A stretch of DNA of 64,000 nt, taken from the IMG/VR virus record IMGVR_UViG_3300025015_000021, positions 29,902-93,901 of that record. One strand, 5' to 3'. Under the pieces are notes generated by a model. It saw nothing but the letters and a program-made list of their open reading frames with translations, made no database searches and was not told the origin of the DNA. This document shows positions 18,613 through 29,063 of the stretch, piece by piece. Source of the stretch: a virus. The first letter of the stretch is position 1; the number at the start of each line of letters is the position of its first letter. Both the position numbers and the translations under genes were made by a program.

Positions 18613-21600
18613 CAAAAAAGGATTATGTTTTGATAGCAAATGCAATAAAATCCGCTAAGGAAAGACCAGACTATCCAAAAACCGATAAACTTGAGATAGC
18701 AGTTTCTTACTTAGCAGTTGACTTGCAAGATGATAACCTACGATTTGATAGAATAAAATTTATCGAAGCGTGCGGATACAAAGCAGTTTAGAACTGTAAC
18801 CTGTCTTGAACAGGACAAGTCAAGAAACGCTTTGATTGGCTCTTTTAGGAGTATTAAATAAAAACGTTTATTTAAAATCTAGGCAAGTTATCACGGCACG
18901 AAATAACTTTTAATAGCTTATAGCGTAGAAGTAACCTAGATTTTAAATAAATAATATATGAATAACAATAAGTCTTTAATCAAAAACACTTTACTCGAAG
19001 CTATGTTTTTACGAATAGCAAGCGATTCAACCATGAGTAAGTACCTTGATTACATAAAGCAAGGCAATACAGGACTGGCAACTGCCTACGCATCAAAGCA
19101 AGTATACAGTAAATTTATGGAACTTATAGAATTATATAATACCATAATTATATAATTATAGAATTATAACATGAAAAAATTTAAAATAACAAAAGACAAT
19201 AGTTATCTAGGCATTTTAATCGCAAGCGATTTATTCGATGCAATTACAAAAGTTTACAATATGCACACCGAGTATTATTTCAAGAATCTTGCGGGATGGG
19301 GTTCGGCTTTTTTCACTGGCGACGGTGGGTGCAATATATTTCCGCATTGGCGAATTGATAAACTAACATGAAAAATAACACTACCTATACAAAAACATCA
19401 TTCGACTATTGCTATCCTATCAATGAGGACAAGGCACGCTGGGAACTTGACAATTTAGACGCTATCATAAAAGACTTGAAAAAAGAAGCTAAAAAGAATA
19501 AACAATTTTTCAAGATATGATAACAAAAACTTTACGATACTATTGCACTAGCCCATCTTGTATGTTTATAGCAAACGAAGGCTTGGACAAATGTATATTT
19601 TGTCTGGGACTAACGCCAAAAACAAAAAGAGGCTTTACTGTTTGGAATAATCAAGTTTTTTGTCAAGAATGTAATCAAGTAGTAAAAATAAAAACATCTC
19701 AAGAGCAATTTAAAACCGAGCAAGACTGGCAAGGTTTAAAAGTCTATTGTCCTATCCATAATATACAACTATGATTACAATAATAAAAGCATTTATAACA
19801 ATTTTAACTTATAAACTATGATTACATATAAGGCTTATAAAGCGTTTCATAAAAAAAACTATCTTTATATTGCAAGGCTTTTACAAATTGTAAAAGACAA
19901 TCCAAAACAAGTCCGTCAAGAAGGCTTATCAAGATATATAGACAAGGCACGGCAGGCAGAAAAAAATATACTTTTACAATATCCGAAGTATAGATAACAT
20001 GAAAAATATATTTTACTATCGCAGAAAATTTAAAAACAACTATAAGCAATTTATACTCATGCTTATTATAAGTATGATTGTATTTCCTATACTTCTTATT
20101 CTAGCAGATCGAGGTTTAAAGATTGAATACTGTTTACAATATCAAGGCTTATCGGATCAAACTATCAATTCACTTTTTGAAAAAGATATGCGAGGCGAGA
20201 TTAAATTAAATACTCAAGATATAAATTGCTTAGTAGCAATAAGGTAGGTGATTATACATGAGAATCAAATACTTTAAAGATAAATACAAAAAGCTCGATT
20301 GCACAAGTGTTTTTCTTGTAGATATGGACAGCGATAGAACGGGGAATTGTTGGCCTAAACAACTAACAGGCTACTTGCCAATAGGTCAACACGGAGCTAT
20401 TGCAAAACAATATATCGAAGAGGACGCAATAGAAATAACAAAAGAGCAATATATCAAAGCTTCTGAAGGAATTTATACCCCTTCAGAATATCTATAAATC
20501 TTATAAAATAGAGGAGGTGATAATTTATGAAAAATATCAAAGTTAAAAATATGACAAGCTCAAGAGGCAATCAAATTGCTAATCAGTTTGAAATAACAAC
20601 GTCAGACGGAGTATATTTTCAAAGTTATGATAGTACAATCGCATTTAAAAGTTTTAAAAGCGATAAAATAATCCTAGATAATAAAACATGGGATTATTCA
20701 GTAACTACAGGAAAATATAGAAATATATTTTTGAATGAAAATAAAAAGGCTACTGAAAAGAAGATAAAAGACGGGATATATAAACTAGCAAACCTTAATT
20801 AGCCTTTGATTATAACCTTGATTATATCGAGGTTATAAATGAGAAGCTAATCTCTGAAAGCGGGGTGATTAAATTATGGATTTTACAGACGCAGAATTTT
20901 TGACAAAAAAAGAAAAAGAATTGACATATAAACAATGGGTCAATTTTATCAATTGGCTATCTGCTGGTGAAAAGTCAGACGATACAATCGGATCGGATTA
21001 TGGCGGGTATATCAATGCTCGAGGGTACAAACTTTTTACTGATCGGGTTTATAAGCATTTAAGCTTGCACTGCGGGTTCATTGCCCATTACAATAGAGCT
21101 GGTTTTTTCGGGACATATTTTAACAGTGGAAATGATACCGAAACATTTTTTAATAACTTAATAAATGACGGCGGATATGGCGATACGCAGGATTTAACAA
21201 CTGCTATGATCGCTTACTACCAAACTAAAAAAGACCAGATAGCAGGTAATATGTCAAGTGAAAATGACGATAAAATTGCTTTGCTTGACGAATGTATAAA
21301 AAGAGCTAAGACCGATAAAGAGTTTGCAAAAGATTTCTTGAAAAGTCTTTAGCCTTTGACTATGCTCGCAAACTTTTTGCTGGCATAGATGAAAGAATAA
21401 ATTTGAAAGGGGGTGGAAAAATGAAACTTTACTATCACAAAACAAGCGGAGGGGCTGAATATCTTATGGACACATTTATTAAATGGGAATATAAGGGAAA
21501 AAAAGGCAAAGAAGGTACTATCAATGATAAAACAAAATACATAGTTAGAATTGATGGGGATATAACAAAAGATACTGAATTAACTGTAAAAAGTCTTTAG

Positions 21601-22965
21601 CCTTTGATGTAGCTTATTTAGGCGAAGGCATAAGTAGGCTACACTGAAAGGACTAAAAAATGAAAAATAATATACAAAATTATTTAAAACTTAAAAACAT
21701 TCTCGATATAGTATCAAATGGTAATAGAACAGACGGGCTTGCTCGGACTTTGCGTGCCAGCCTTAATGTTGAATTGTTAGAAGAAATACAAAGAAAAATA
21801 AAGGAAATTGAAGAAGAGGAAAAAATAAAGGAAATAAACTAAAATGGATATCATAGAATTTTTAATAGCATTATTTACTTTGCTAAAACATAATCCAAAT
21901 AAAAAGGAGGTGAAAAATGACAACTAAAATACAACCATTAAAAAATTATAGTTTTATCTGTCCTAATTGTAAGGAAAAACAAATAAGTGTAACACGTTGG
22001 GAAACAGTATCTTTGCCATTTTTGTTTGATTTAAAAACAAAAGAAAGTATACAAAATGATCCCGAAGGATCAGACTTTGAAAACTATACTTGTCCTTCAT
22101 GCTTTGAAGATATAGAAGATAAAAAATTGATACTTCAATTAGAAGAACATCTATTCAGTTAATTATTAAATAAATGTTTGGAGAGGAGGTGAATAAATTA
22201 TGAAATGTAAAAATTGTGCTAAAAAAGTAATTAAAATGAAGGAAAATCCAGAGGCAATTGCAATAGGAATTTGTACGGATTGCTTTTACAAGCCGTTTCC
22301 TATTACAAGTATTGCAAGGGCGGACTTGCTCGAAGGTTTTTCAAAAAAGCAGATAGCAAGCCTTGAGGATGGTGATATGACAGAAATAGCTTCAGATATG
22401 GCTGAGGCTTATTGTGATAATGGGTTTTGGATTGATTTACCTATTATTACGGATAAAGTGCTAAAGGATTATGCTAAGGCATAATCAATCGGGCGGGCTA
22501 TGTTAGATTTAATCAATTAGGAAACTAAAAGATTAAAGACATGGGATCAATTTCCATCCCGTCCACACTTCGACAAACTCAGTGTAAACTATGAAAATTT
22601 CAAAACATAAATTATTGGCACGATATATAGCTAATAGTGCTATAAGAAATACTTTTTTAGAAGATTTACATAGCGGTAAATCTTTACCAGAAAAGTATAA
22701 AGAGGGATACTCAAGAATAGATGATAGGGAAATGCGAAAATTTATGCTTGAGGTAGAAGATAAACTTGAACAGATATTAGATTCTATTTTAAGCAAATCA
22801 AAAAAAATCAGAGTAGGCACTTATATAGTAACGAAAAAGAAGTTTTATGATGCTATCAAAAAATTGATGTTTGGAGAATATGGAGTTAGCTGGGATATCC
22901 CACAAGACACATGGGAAAAACTACAAAAAGATTATCAACAATATAAACAACACTTGACAAAATAA
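18609..22965 (+). other. Early-region array of small hypothetical genes (18609-18791, 18958-19155, 19171-19371, 19517-19774, 19999-20247, 20258-20497, 20527-20802, 20876-21352, 21403-21600, 21660-21842, 21917-22162, 22200-22484, 22591-22965)
   Basis: Co-oriented short ORFs, several with GGAGGTGA/GGTGA SD sites; resembles phage early/host-takeover regions. Confidence 0.65.
20799..21656 (+). repeat. Three related intergenic hairpins, TAGCCTTTGA-[variable stem-loop]-(A/C)TGARAG
   Basis: At 20799-20850, 21341-21400 and 21589-21656; each starts at a stop codon; the 19-mer AAAAGTCTTTAGCCTTTGA is exact at 21341 and 21589. Confidence 0.75.
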
Positions 22966-22982
22966 CTGCTTTGTGTTATAAT
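22954..22982 (+). promoter_or_regulatory. Consensus sigma70 promoter
   Basis: TTGACA-17-TATAAT with TGn extended -10. Confidence 0.85.
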
Positions 22983-23228
22983 ATATACAACAGTAAATAG
23001 AACAAGAACTTTAAAAATTTTGGGGTGCTTAAACCATACAAGAAGTAAGATAAATTGCATTACTTGAAATAACAGCCCCAGATTTAGTAAAAACGCTAAA
23101 ATACTAGGTGCTTCCGATAATAATTAGGTGGGAGGAGCTTAAATTAAAACCAGCCAACATTCACTAGCCTAGCATTTTTAAAAAAATTTAGGATTATTAT
23201 CTGATGTAAAAATAGGAAAGGAGATAAA

Positions 23229-23654
23229 TTGAAGATAAGAGGACAACAGTGGTTTATAACAAACAAACATTTAGTCTTATACTTAAACCAGCCATACTGG
23301 GGGGCTTTCCAGCGTTTTAATTGGCTCGAGGGGACAGAAGGTTATTCTATATCCGAGGAAGCACTTAATAAAGCCAAAGAGCTTAAAAAGAAAATACTTA
23401 TCAAAAATAAATACGGTCAATACGAGATTACCACAAACAAGGCTTCCCACTATTTGAACTGTAAGTTTCAGGCTCGGGATAATACAACCTTAATATGCTT
23501 GCCCAGATTTGCATTTAAAAAACTTCCAGAACCGGCAGATAAAGCGGACAGGATTTCTATCCCTTTTGATGTTAGGTTAAGGCTTGCTCAGGAATGGAAA
23601 AAAATTCAGAATAGAACAAGGGAAAGTCAAACTTCCCCTAAGGAGGTGAATTGA
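23229..23654 (+). CDS. Hypothetical protein
   Basis: AAGGAG SD with TTG start. Confidence 0.6.
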   Translation: MKIRGQQWFITNKHLVLYLNQPYWGAFQRFNWLEGTEGYSISEEALNKAKELKKKILIKNKYGQYEITTNKASHYLNCKFQARDNTTLICLPRFAFKKLPEPADKADRISIPFDVRLRLAQEWKKIQNRTRESQTSPKEVN

Positions 23655-23829
23655 CATGGACATTTTGCCTTTAAGCACACAAAGTGCTACACAAACAATC
23701 TTTGTTACCAGTACTGGTTTAGAAAAAATCCTAGTTTTAGTTGGTGCCGGTACAATATTACTGCTTGCTCTATTTGGGCTTTTAGTAATTTTAAGGCTTG
23801 CAATCAAAAACAACTTCCGAAAATAATAT

Positions 23830-24204
23830 ATGGATTTTTTACTTTCGGCTTGGCTGTTTTTATTCAGCCAGACTATTCATATTCAAAAAGACACAGTTAC
23901 CGTTTATGATACTGTAAGGACTGCCGTTCAGAGAGAGTTTAAGGGCGAAGCGGACTTGGCACTTTCCATTTTTCAGTGCGAGAGTGGTTTAAGACCTGCA
24001 AGCGTTGGAGATCACGGCTCATCCATAGGTATTGCTCAAATATATTTACCTGCTCATGCCGGTAAAATACCCGCTTTGGATAAAAAGGCTTGGCTTAAAG
24101 ATTTCCAGAACAATATTAAGCTTGCTAAAAAGATTAGAGATAAATCAGGCTGGTCAGCTTGGACTTGTTATAAAACAGGAGCTTATTTAGCTTATTTGAA
24201 ATAG
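23830..24204 (+). CDS. Secreted or membrane-anchored SLT/lysozyme-like transglycosylase
   Basis: Hydrophobic N-terminus; CESG catalytic Glu, GIAQI, N(I)..A, GWSAWTC. Confidence 0.8.
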   Translation: MDFLLSAWLFLFSQTIHIQKDTVTVYDTVRTAVQREFKGEADLALSIFQCESGLRPASVGDHGSSIGIAQIYLPAHAGKIPALDKKAWLKDFQNNIKLAKKIRDKSGWSAWTCYKTGAYLAYLK

Positions 24205-24205
24205 A

Positions 24206-24234
24206 TTGACTTCTAGCTTAAACTATGTTATAAT
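24206..24234 (+). promoter_or_regulatory. Sigma70-type promoter
   Basis: TTGACT-17-TATAAT with TGn. Confidence 0.8.
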
Positions 24235-24248
24235 ACATACAATATAAT

Positions 24249-24686
24249 ATGAATAAAAGAAGCAAAAACATCGATACGCAAATTTTAATGGTAACCAAAC
24301 TTACTCAGGGGCAAATTCCTCAGGGTACTCTTTCCCAAATAGCCAGAATGAACAATGTTTCAAGAGAATGGGTAAGATTAAGAGCCAATAAGTTAAATGT
24401 AGTTTCTGTAAGGGAAATCACTCAGGGAGGACTTACTTATTGCATAATCTGCAAAACAGAAATAAGGTCAAAAAATGGGAACAAAAAATACTGCTCTCCC
24501 AAATGCTATAAAGAATATAGATTTAAAACTTATTGGACAACTATAAAATGCAAAACTTGCGGAAAAGAAAAATCCTGGTACAAAAAAAGTGTAAGAATAC
24601 CGACTTATTGTTCAAAACAATGCTTATTTAAAGATATAGGAACAAAAGGCGGAGGTAAACCCAGATGGAAAACATTACAAGTCTAA
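24249..24686 (+). CDS. HTH plus Zn-finger DNA-binding protein
   Basis: TLSQIARMNNVSREWVR helix-turn-helix; two CxxC..YCSxxC modules. Confidence 0.7.
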   Translation: MNKRSKNIDTQILMVTKLTQGQIPQGTLSQIARMNNVSREWVRLRANKLNVVSVREITQGGLTYCIICKTEIRSKNGNKKYCSPKCYKEYRFKTYWTTIKCKTCGKEKSWYKKSVRIPTYCSKQCLFKDIGTKGGGKPRWKTLQV

Positions 24687-25615
24687 ATCAAATACAACCA
24701 ATTCCGCCTGCCCGTTATTCGACTGGTCTTGACTGGTTTGACGATGTTTTAGGCGGAGGTTTAGTAGAAGGCTCAACCCTAATTCTTTCTGGAAGTCCAG
24801 GCTGTGGAAAAAGTACGCTGATGGTCGAAACCGCCTATAAACTGGCAGAAACAGATTTAAAAGTTCTCTATATAGCAGGGGAGGAAAACAAAAGACAAAT
24901 TAAGATGAGAACCGAACGCCTTGGCATCAACTCGGACAGCGTTTATCTCTCGGAAGACATACAGGTCGAAAAAGTCATCTCTGCTATAGAAGAACTTATG
25001 CCTAAGATAGTAATAGTCGATAGTCTGCAAATGCTCTATACGGATACGCTTAAAACTCCTGCGTCTTCTCCAACACAGATGAGATATTGCCTTCAGAGTC
25101 TTTGCCATCTTGCCAAGACTAAGGGGATAACTATAATCTTTGTCGGGCACTCTACCAAATCAGGCTATATTGCAGGGCTTCAGAGTCTTCAGCATACTGT
25201 CGATGCCGTACTCTGGCTCTCTTTAAATGAAGACAAAACCCGTACTTTTGCGGCACAGAAAAATAGGTTTGGTTCAATCGAGCCAGTCTATGTCCTTTAT
25301 ATGACAAAGCAAGGACTTTTTGACTACCCGGAGCACAAAGTTCCCTTCGGACAAATTAAGAATATCAATCTTACCGAAGAAGAAATCAGAGAAATTTCCC
25401 GAAAGTCCGGCGGTATATGGGGATTTTTTATCCATTTCTCTTTAGGCTGGCTTAAACAACAAGTCAAACAAGAAGCCAATTTTAATCTTGCCAATAATAA
25501 AACCTTTACTCTAACTTCTCGACATATTACAACAATTTTAGAAAAACATCCCTTAATGAGTCTTATAGTCAAACCCAGCTTAAAATATCTTGAAAACTAT
25601 GAAAACACAATCTAA
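24665..25615 (+). CDS. RadA/Sms-like RecA-fold ATPase (no N-terminal Zn finger, no Lon-like C-terminus)
   Basis: TGLDWFDDVLGGG, GSPGCGKSTL, GEE, IVDSLQ, VGHSTKSG.IAG...LQHTVD, KNRFG signature. Confidence 0.88.
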   Translation: MENITSLNQIQPIPPARYSTGLDWFDDVLGGGLVEGSTLILSGSPGCGKSTLMVETAYKLAETDLKVLYIAGEENKRQIKMRTERLGINSDSVYLSEDIQVEKVISAIEELMPKIVIVDSLQMLYTDTLKTPASSPTQMRYCLQSLCHLAKTKGITIIFVGHSTKSGYIAGLQSLQHTVDAVLWLSLNEDKTRTFAAQKNRFGSIEPVYVLYMTKQGLFDYPEHKVPFGQIKNINLTEEEIREISRKSGGIWGFFIHFSLGWLKQQVKQEANFNLANNKTFTLTSRHITTILEKHPLMSLIVKPSLKYLENYENTI

Positions 25616-25841
25616 AGAACTGCCTAAAATTATAAAAAGATTACAAGATGGATCATATACTCCTCATCATCAGGTTATATTTTTTCGTGATGGGAGTAAA
25701 AGAACTATAATGGGAGTTGTAAAAGTTTGGGAAAATTCCATGGTTCATTTAATTACACAAAACGGAAATGAATTTATTATTAATCCCATTAATGTTAATT
25801 ACATTCAGAGATATTTAAAATTTAAAAATAGTGATTTATAA
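25599..25841 (+). CDS. Hypothetical protein
   Basis: ORF between the ATPase and the recombinase; likely start MKTQSK. Confidence 0.55.
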   Translation: MKTQSKELPKIIKRLQDGSYTPHHQVIFFRDGSKRTIMGVVKVWENSMVHLITQNGNEFIINPINVNYIQRYLKFKNSDL

Positions 25842-25860
25842 TTAGGGAAGCTTATCATAA

Positions 25861-28020
25861 ATGAAAAATCTTGAACTTTACATACAAAAATATTTAATGT
25901 CCTTAGCAAATAAAGGCTATGCTCTCGGAACACAGGAAAATTACCGTGTTCATCTTTTCTCTTTTGCCAAATGGCTTAGGGGTAAAAAAATTAACTCGGA
26001 CACCATCAGCTATTACCGCTTATATCTTACTTCTTCCAAAATTACTAAAGTAACTCAAAACAAGTATCTTATTACTCTAAGGAGTTTCTTTAGTTTTATG
26101 GATAGAGAAGGTCATCCGATTTTCTCAAAAGAAAAAATAGAACTTGCTAAGGTACCGGAAAGGCAGATTAATTTTCTCACATCAAGCCAGGTCAAGCGGA
26201 TGCTTAATAAGGTCAAGATGGTAAAAATTAATAAGAGATTGAAGTTTGAAAGAGCCAAGGAACGGGCAATCTTAGAGCTTTTGTTTTCTTGCGGGCTTCG
26301 GGTTTCCGAGCTTTGTAATCTCGACCGGGAGAGAGTAAACATAAAAAGAGGTGAATTTACCATTATAGGCAAGGGAGGAAAGGGAAGGCTGGTTTTTCTT
26401 TCGGAGGAGGCTAAGTTCTGGCTTAAAAAATATCTTAGACTTAGGCAAGACAAACATCCTGCTCTTTTTGTCAATTCTTTAAGAAGAAGAAAAAAGAATA
26501 ACCGTCTAAAGTCGTGGATTGTACAGAAAGTGGTTGATAAGTATGCCAGAAAAGCCTATATCCCTATGAAGGTTACTCCACATATGCTCCGCCATTGCCT
26601 GCATAAAGATTCAAGAATAGTTTTAAATCGGGATTTAATCTCAGCCGAAGAACTATTTTTAAAAAAGAAGACTTCTGTAGTAAGTCTTAATTTCCAAAAT
26701 AATAAATTTGCTGATGGGAAAATTACTAGATATTTTTCCCATAAAGCTAACTCACTGCTACAAATTTGGGCATCGGGACGGGAAATTATTTGTAGTCCAA
26801 AACACACATTTTTTACAATATCTCAAAAAGGCATTAGTCCTGTTGAAGCAAAAAAACTGAAAGTCGGTATGTATATAGCTGGTATAAAAAAAATTAATAC
26901 AGTTGGGAAAAAATATTTTCCAGATAACCTCTGGAGATTAATTGGCTATATTATAGGAGATGCAACTCTTAGTGAAGCTAGACATGGAATTATTATTTCT
27001 GAAAAAAGAAAAGATTATATAGATTTTTATGAAAAATTAATTAAAAAAACTTTAAATATTAATCCTACTATCACTAAATCTAAAAATACTAGAAGTTATA
27101 GTTTAAATATTTATAATGTAAAATTTCTGAAACAAATGCGAAAACTAGGTATAACTCAAAAACAACCTGACAGACGTGTTCCTCAATCTTTGTTCAAAGC
27201 TACTAATAAAGAGATAGCCTCTTTTTTAGCAGGATATTATGATGCAGAAGGAAATTCAGGCACTATACAAATGTTTTCTTCTAGTAAAGAGCTTTTAAAA
27301 GATATACAAATTTTATTTCTTAGATTGGGCATAGATAGTTTTTTATATCAAAGGGAAAGAATAGTAAAATTACCTCAAGGACATAAAATCAAAAATAGTA
27401 TTTTTGTGTTATATATATGTCAAAAATTAAGTCAGACCTTTTTCAAAAAACACATTAAAACTTTAAAAACTGGTATTTTTATAAAAAACATTTCTGTTTA
27501 TGAAAAATTGCCTTATGACAAATTACCTATCCAACCCTTAATAAATTCTTTATATAAAGAATTTATCCCCCATAATAAAGGCTTTGTGAATTTTTTGGGA
27601 AAGAAATATGGCATTAAAAGCCTTAAGCGATATTTAAAGCTTTGCTTAACGCCCGCACTTTTGTCAAAATTAATATCATCCCTCAATAAATTTCATTATC
27701 AGGGTAAAACGCTAGAACATTTACAACAGATTAACAACTTAAAAACAATAAAATGGTTGAAAATTTCTAAAATTAATCAAACATTTAAAGAAGAGGAAGT
27801 TTACGATTTTACAATTGTACCTTATCATAATTTTATTACTGATGGCTTTATTTCTCATAATTCTTTTGCGTCTGATTTACTTCGAAACGGAGCCAATCTA
27901 AGGCTGGTTCAGGAACTTCTAGGGCATAAGGATATTTCAACCACCCAGATTTATACCCATATAACCAATCCCGAGCTAAAACTCGGGTATCTCAAATACC
28001 ACTCCGGAAATTATGATTAA
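25861..28020 (+). CDS. XerC/D-like tyrosine recombinase (integrase) interrupted by an intein
   Basis: SAM-like N-terminal domain; GLRVSEL, GKGGKGR, TPHMLRH|[25 protein letters not shown]. The spliced product would be 297 aa. Confidence 0.93.
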   Translation: MKNLELYIQKYLMSLANKGYALGTQENYRVHLFSFAKWLRGKKINSDTISYYRLYLTSSKITKVTQNKYLITLRSFFSFMDREGHPIFSKEKIELAKVPERQINFLTSSQVKRMLNKVKMVKINKRLKFERAKERAILELLFSCGLRVSELCNLDRERVNIKRGEFTIIGKGGKGRLVFLSEEAKFWLKKYLRLRQDKHPALFVNSLRRRKKNNRLKSWIVQKVVDKYARKAYIPMKVTPHMLRHCLHKDSRIVLNRDLISAEELFLKKKTSVVSLNFQNNKFADGKITRYFSHKANSLLQIWASGREIICSPKHTFFTISQKGISPVEAKKLKVGMYIAGIKKINTVGKKYFPDNLWRLIGYIIGDATLSEARHGIIISEKRKDYIDFYEKLIKKTLNINPTITKSKNTRSYSLNIYNVKFLKQMRKLGITQKQPDRRVPQSLFKATNKEIASFLAGYYDAEGNSGTIQMFSSSKELLKDIQILFLRLGIDSFLYQRERIVKLPQGHKIKNSIFVLYICQKLSQTFFKKHIKTLKTGIFIKNISVYEKLPYDKLPIQPLINSLYKEFIPHNKGFVNFLGKKYGIKSLKRYLKLCLTPALLSKLISSLNKFHYQGKTLEHLQQINNLKTIKWLKISKINQTFKEEEVYDFTIVPYHNFITDGFISHNSFASDLLRNGANLRLVQELLGHKDISTTQIYTHITNPELKLGYLKYHSGNYD
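26596..27861 (+). mobile_element. Intein (422 aa) with LAGLIDADG homing endonuclease
   Basis: Starts CLHKDSRI, block [18 protein letters not shown] and [10 protein letters not shown] motifs, ends [16 protein letters not shown] before a Ser +1 residue. Confidence 0.95.
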
Positions 28021-28029
28021 TTTTCCCTC

Positions 28030-28058
28030 TTGACAAAAAGTTTTTAATCATAGACAAT
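28030..28058 (+). promoter_or_regulatory. Promoter of the replication module
   Basis: TTGACA-17-GACAAT. Confidence 0.6.
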
Positions 28059-28069
28059 ACAATATATCT

Positions 28070-28327
28070 ATGTTAAATAATATGCCAGATGAGATTTTAA
28101 ATAACCTCTTCAAAACTAAAGACATCTATTTAGCTTCAACATTAGTTGCACTCGGTTTTAAATATTTTTTAACCAAAAAAGAAAAACAATTCTTCTTTTC
28201 CTTCGAAGATAATGAGGAAGAAATGTTACATGTGGAAATTGCAAATTACTGGGATAAAAATTTAGAGATTGATGCAATTACATTATTTAATGCATTTAAG
28301 GAATTAAAATCAAGAATGTATGAATGA
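28070..28327 (+). CDS. Small DUF5659-like protein
   Basis: TKDIYLASTL..GF...F.F......YW...LF...KELKSR pattern as I recall it for DUF5659; precedes the replication initiator. Confidence 0.6.
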   Translation: MLNNMPDEILNNLFKTKDIYLASTLVALGFKYFLTKKEKQFFFSFEDNEEEMLHVEIANYWDKNLEIDAITLFNAFKELKSRMYE

Positions 28328-29063
28328 TTTATTGACAAATGAGTTTAAAAAGAATGTCTATTTAAAACCCGATGCATATTTAAACGGCTGGGCAAAAAAA
28401 TGCGGATGGAAAGCAACTTTAGTTTATGATAGTCTTTGGAGACATGCTGATAAGAATGGGATAAGTTTTCCCTCAATTGAGCTTATGGCAGAAGAACATG
28501 GTGTATCGAGGAAAACAATAATAAGAGGCTTAAAAACTCTTATCGAATATAATTTAGTAAACAAAGAATCAACACGAGATAAGAAAGGAAAATTTTTACA
28601 CAACACCTATATTTTAACTGATAAATCTAAATGGAAAGATATATCCATTTCACTTCTAACAAAGCGGGTATCCAAGTCCCCTCAGGGGACGCGGGTATCC
28701 AAGTCCCCTGCAGTCCCTATCCAAGTCCCCTCAGGGGACTATAAGGGTACACATAATAAGGGTACACATATAACCCTCTCTATATCTCCCCCTGTTATAG
28801 AAGGAAATGGAAAGACTCGCTATAACACGCTGGCTTCCTTGACTCCCCAAGTCTTACTCGAAATAGCCCTTCAATATCATGTTCCGCCTGCATTTGTCCG
28901 CCTTCAGTTTGAAAAAATGAAAAATTGGTTAGAAGCTAAGGGGAAGACTTATAAAAATTACAATGCTGGCCTTAGAGGTTTTGTATTGAGAGATATGCAA
29001 AAGTCTGTAGAAAGAAAATCAAATGATAAATACAGAGCCGTTGATGCTCGGGGAATTAAATAA
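28320..29063 (+). CDS. Phage replication initiator with winged-HTH domain
   Basis: VY..L.RHAD...SFPSIELMAE..GVSRKTIIRGLKTL...N.Y; iteron-rich linker; C-terminal GKTYKNYNAGLR. Confidence 0.82.
   Translation: MNDLLTNEFKKNVYLKPDAYLNGWAKKCGWKATLVYDSLWRHADKNGISFPSIELMAEEHGVSRKTIIRGLKTLIEYNLVNKESTRDKKGKFLHNTYILTDKSKWKDISISLLTKRVSKSPQGTRVSKSPAVPIQVPSGDYKGTHNKGTHITLSISPPVIEGNGKTRYNTLASLTPQVLLEIALQYHVPPAFVRLQFEKMKNWLEAKGKTYKNYNAGLRGFVLRDMQKSVERKSNDKYRAVDARGIK
28664..28770. repeat. Iteron cluster (putative replication origin) inside the initiator gene
   Basis: TATCCAAGTCCCCT at 28669, 28696 and 28718; palindrome GTCCCCTCAGGGGAC twice; ATAAGGGTACACATA twice in tandem. Confidence 0.78.

Noticed and set aside
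20799-21656. Hairpins as hammerhead ribozymes or integron attC sites
   Set aside because: No CUGANGA core with three stems, and no RYYYAAC/GTTRRRY ends.
17482-23228. tRNA genes or an att/dif core site
   Set aside because: No cloverleaf or convincing dif-like 28-mer recognised by eye; needs tRNAscan and the host genome.
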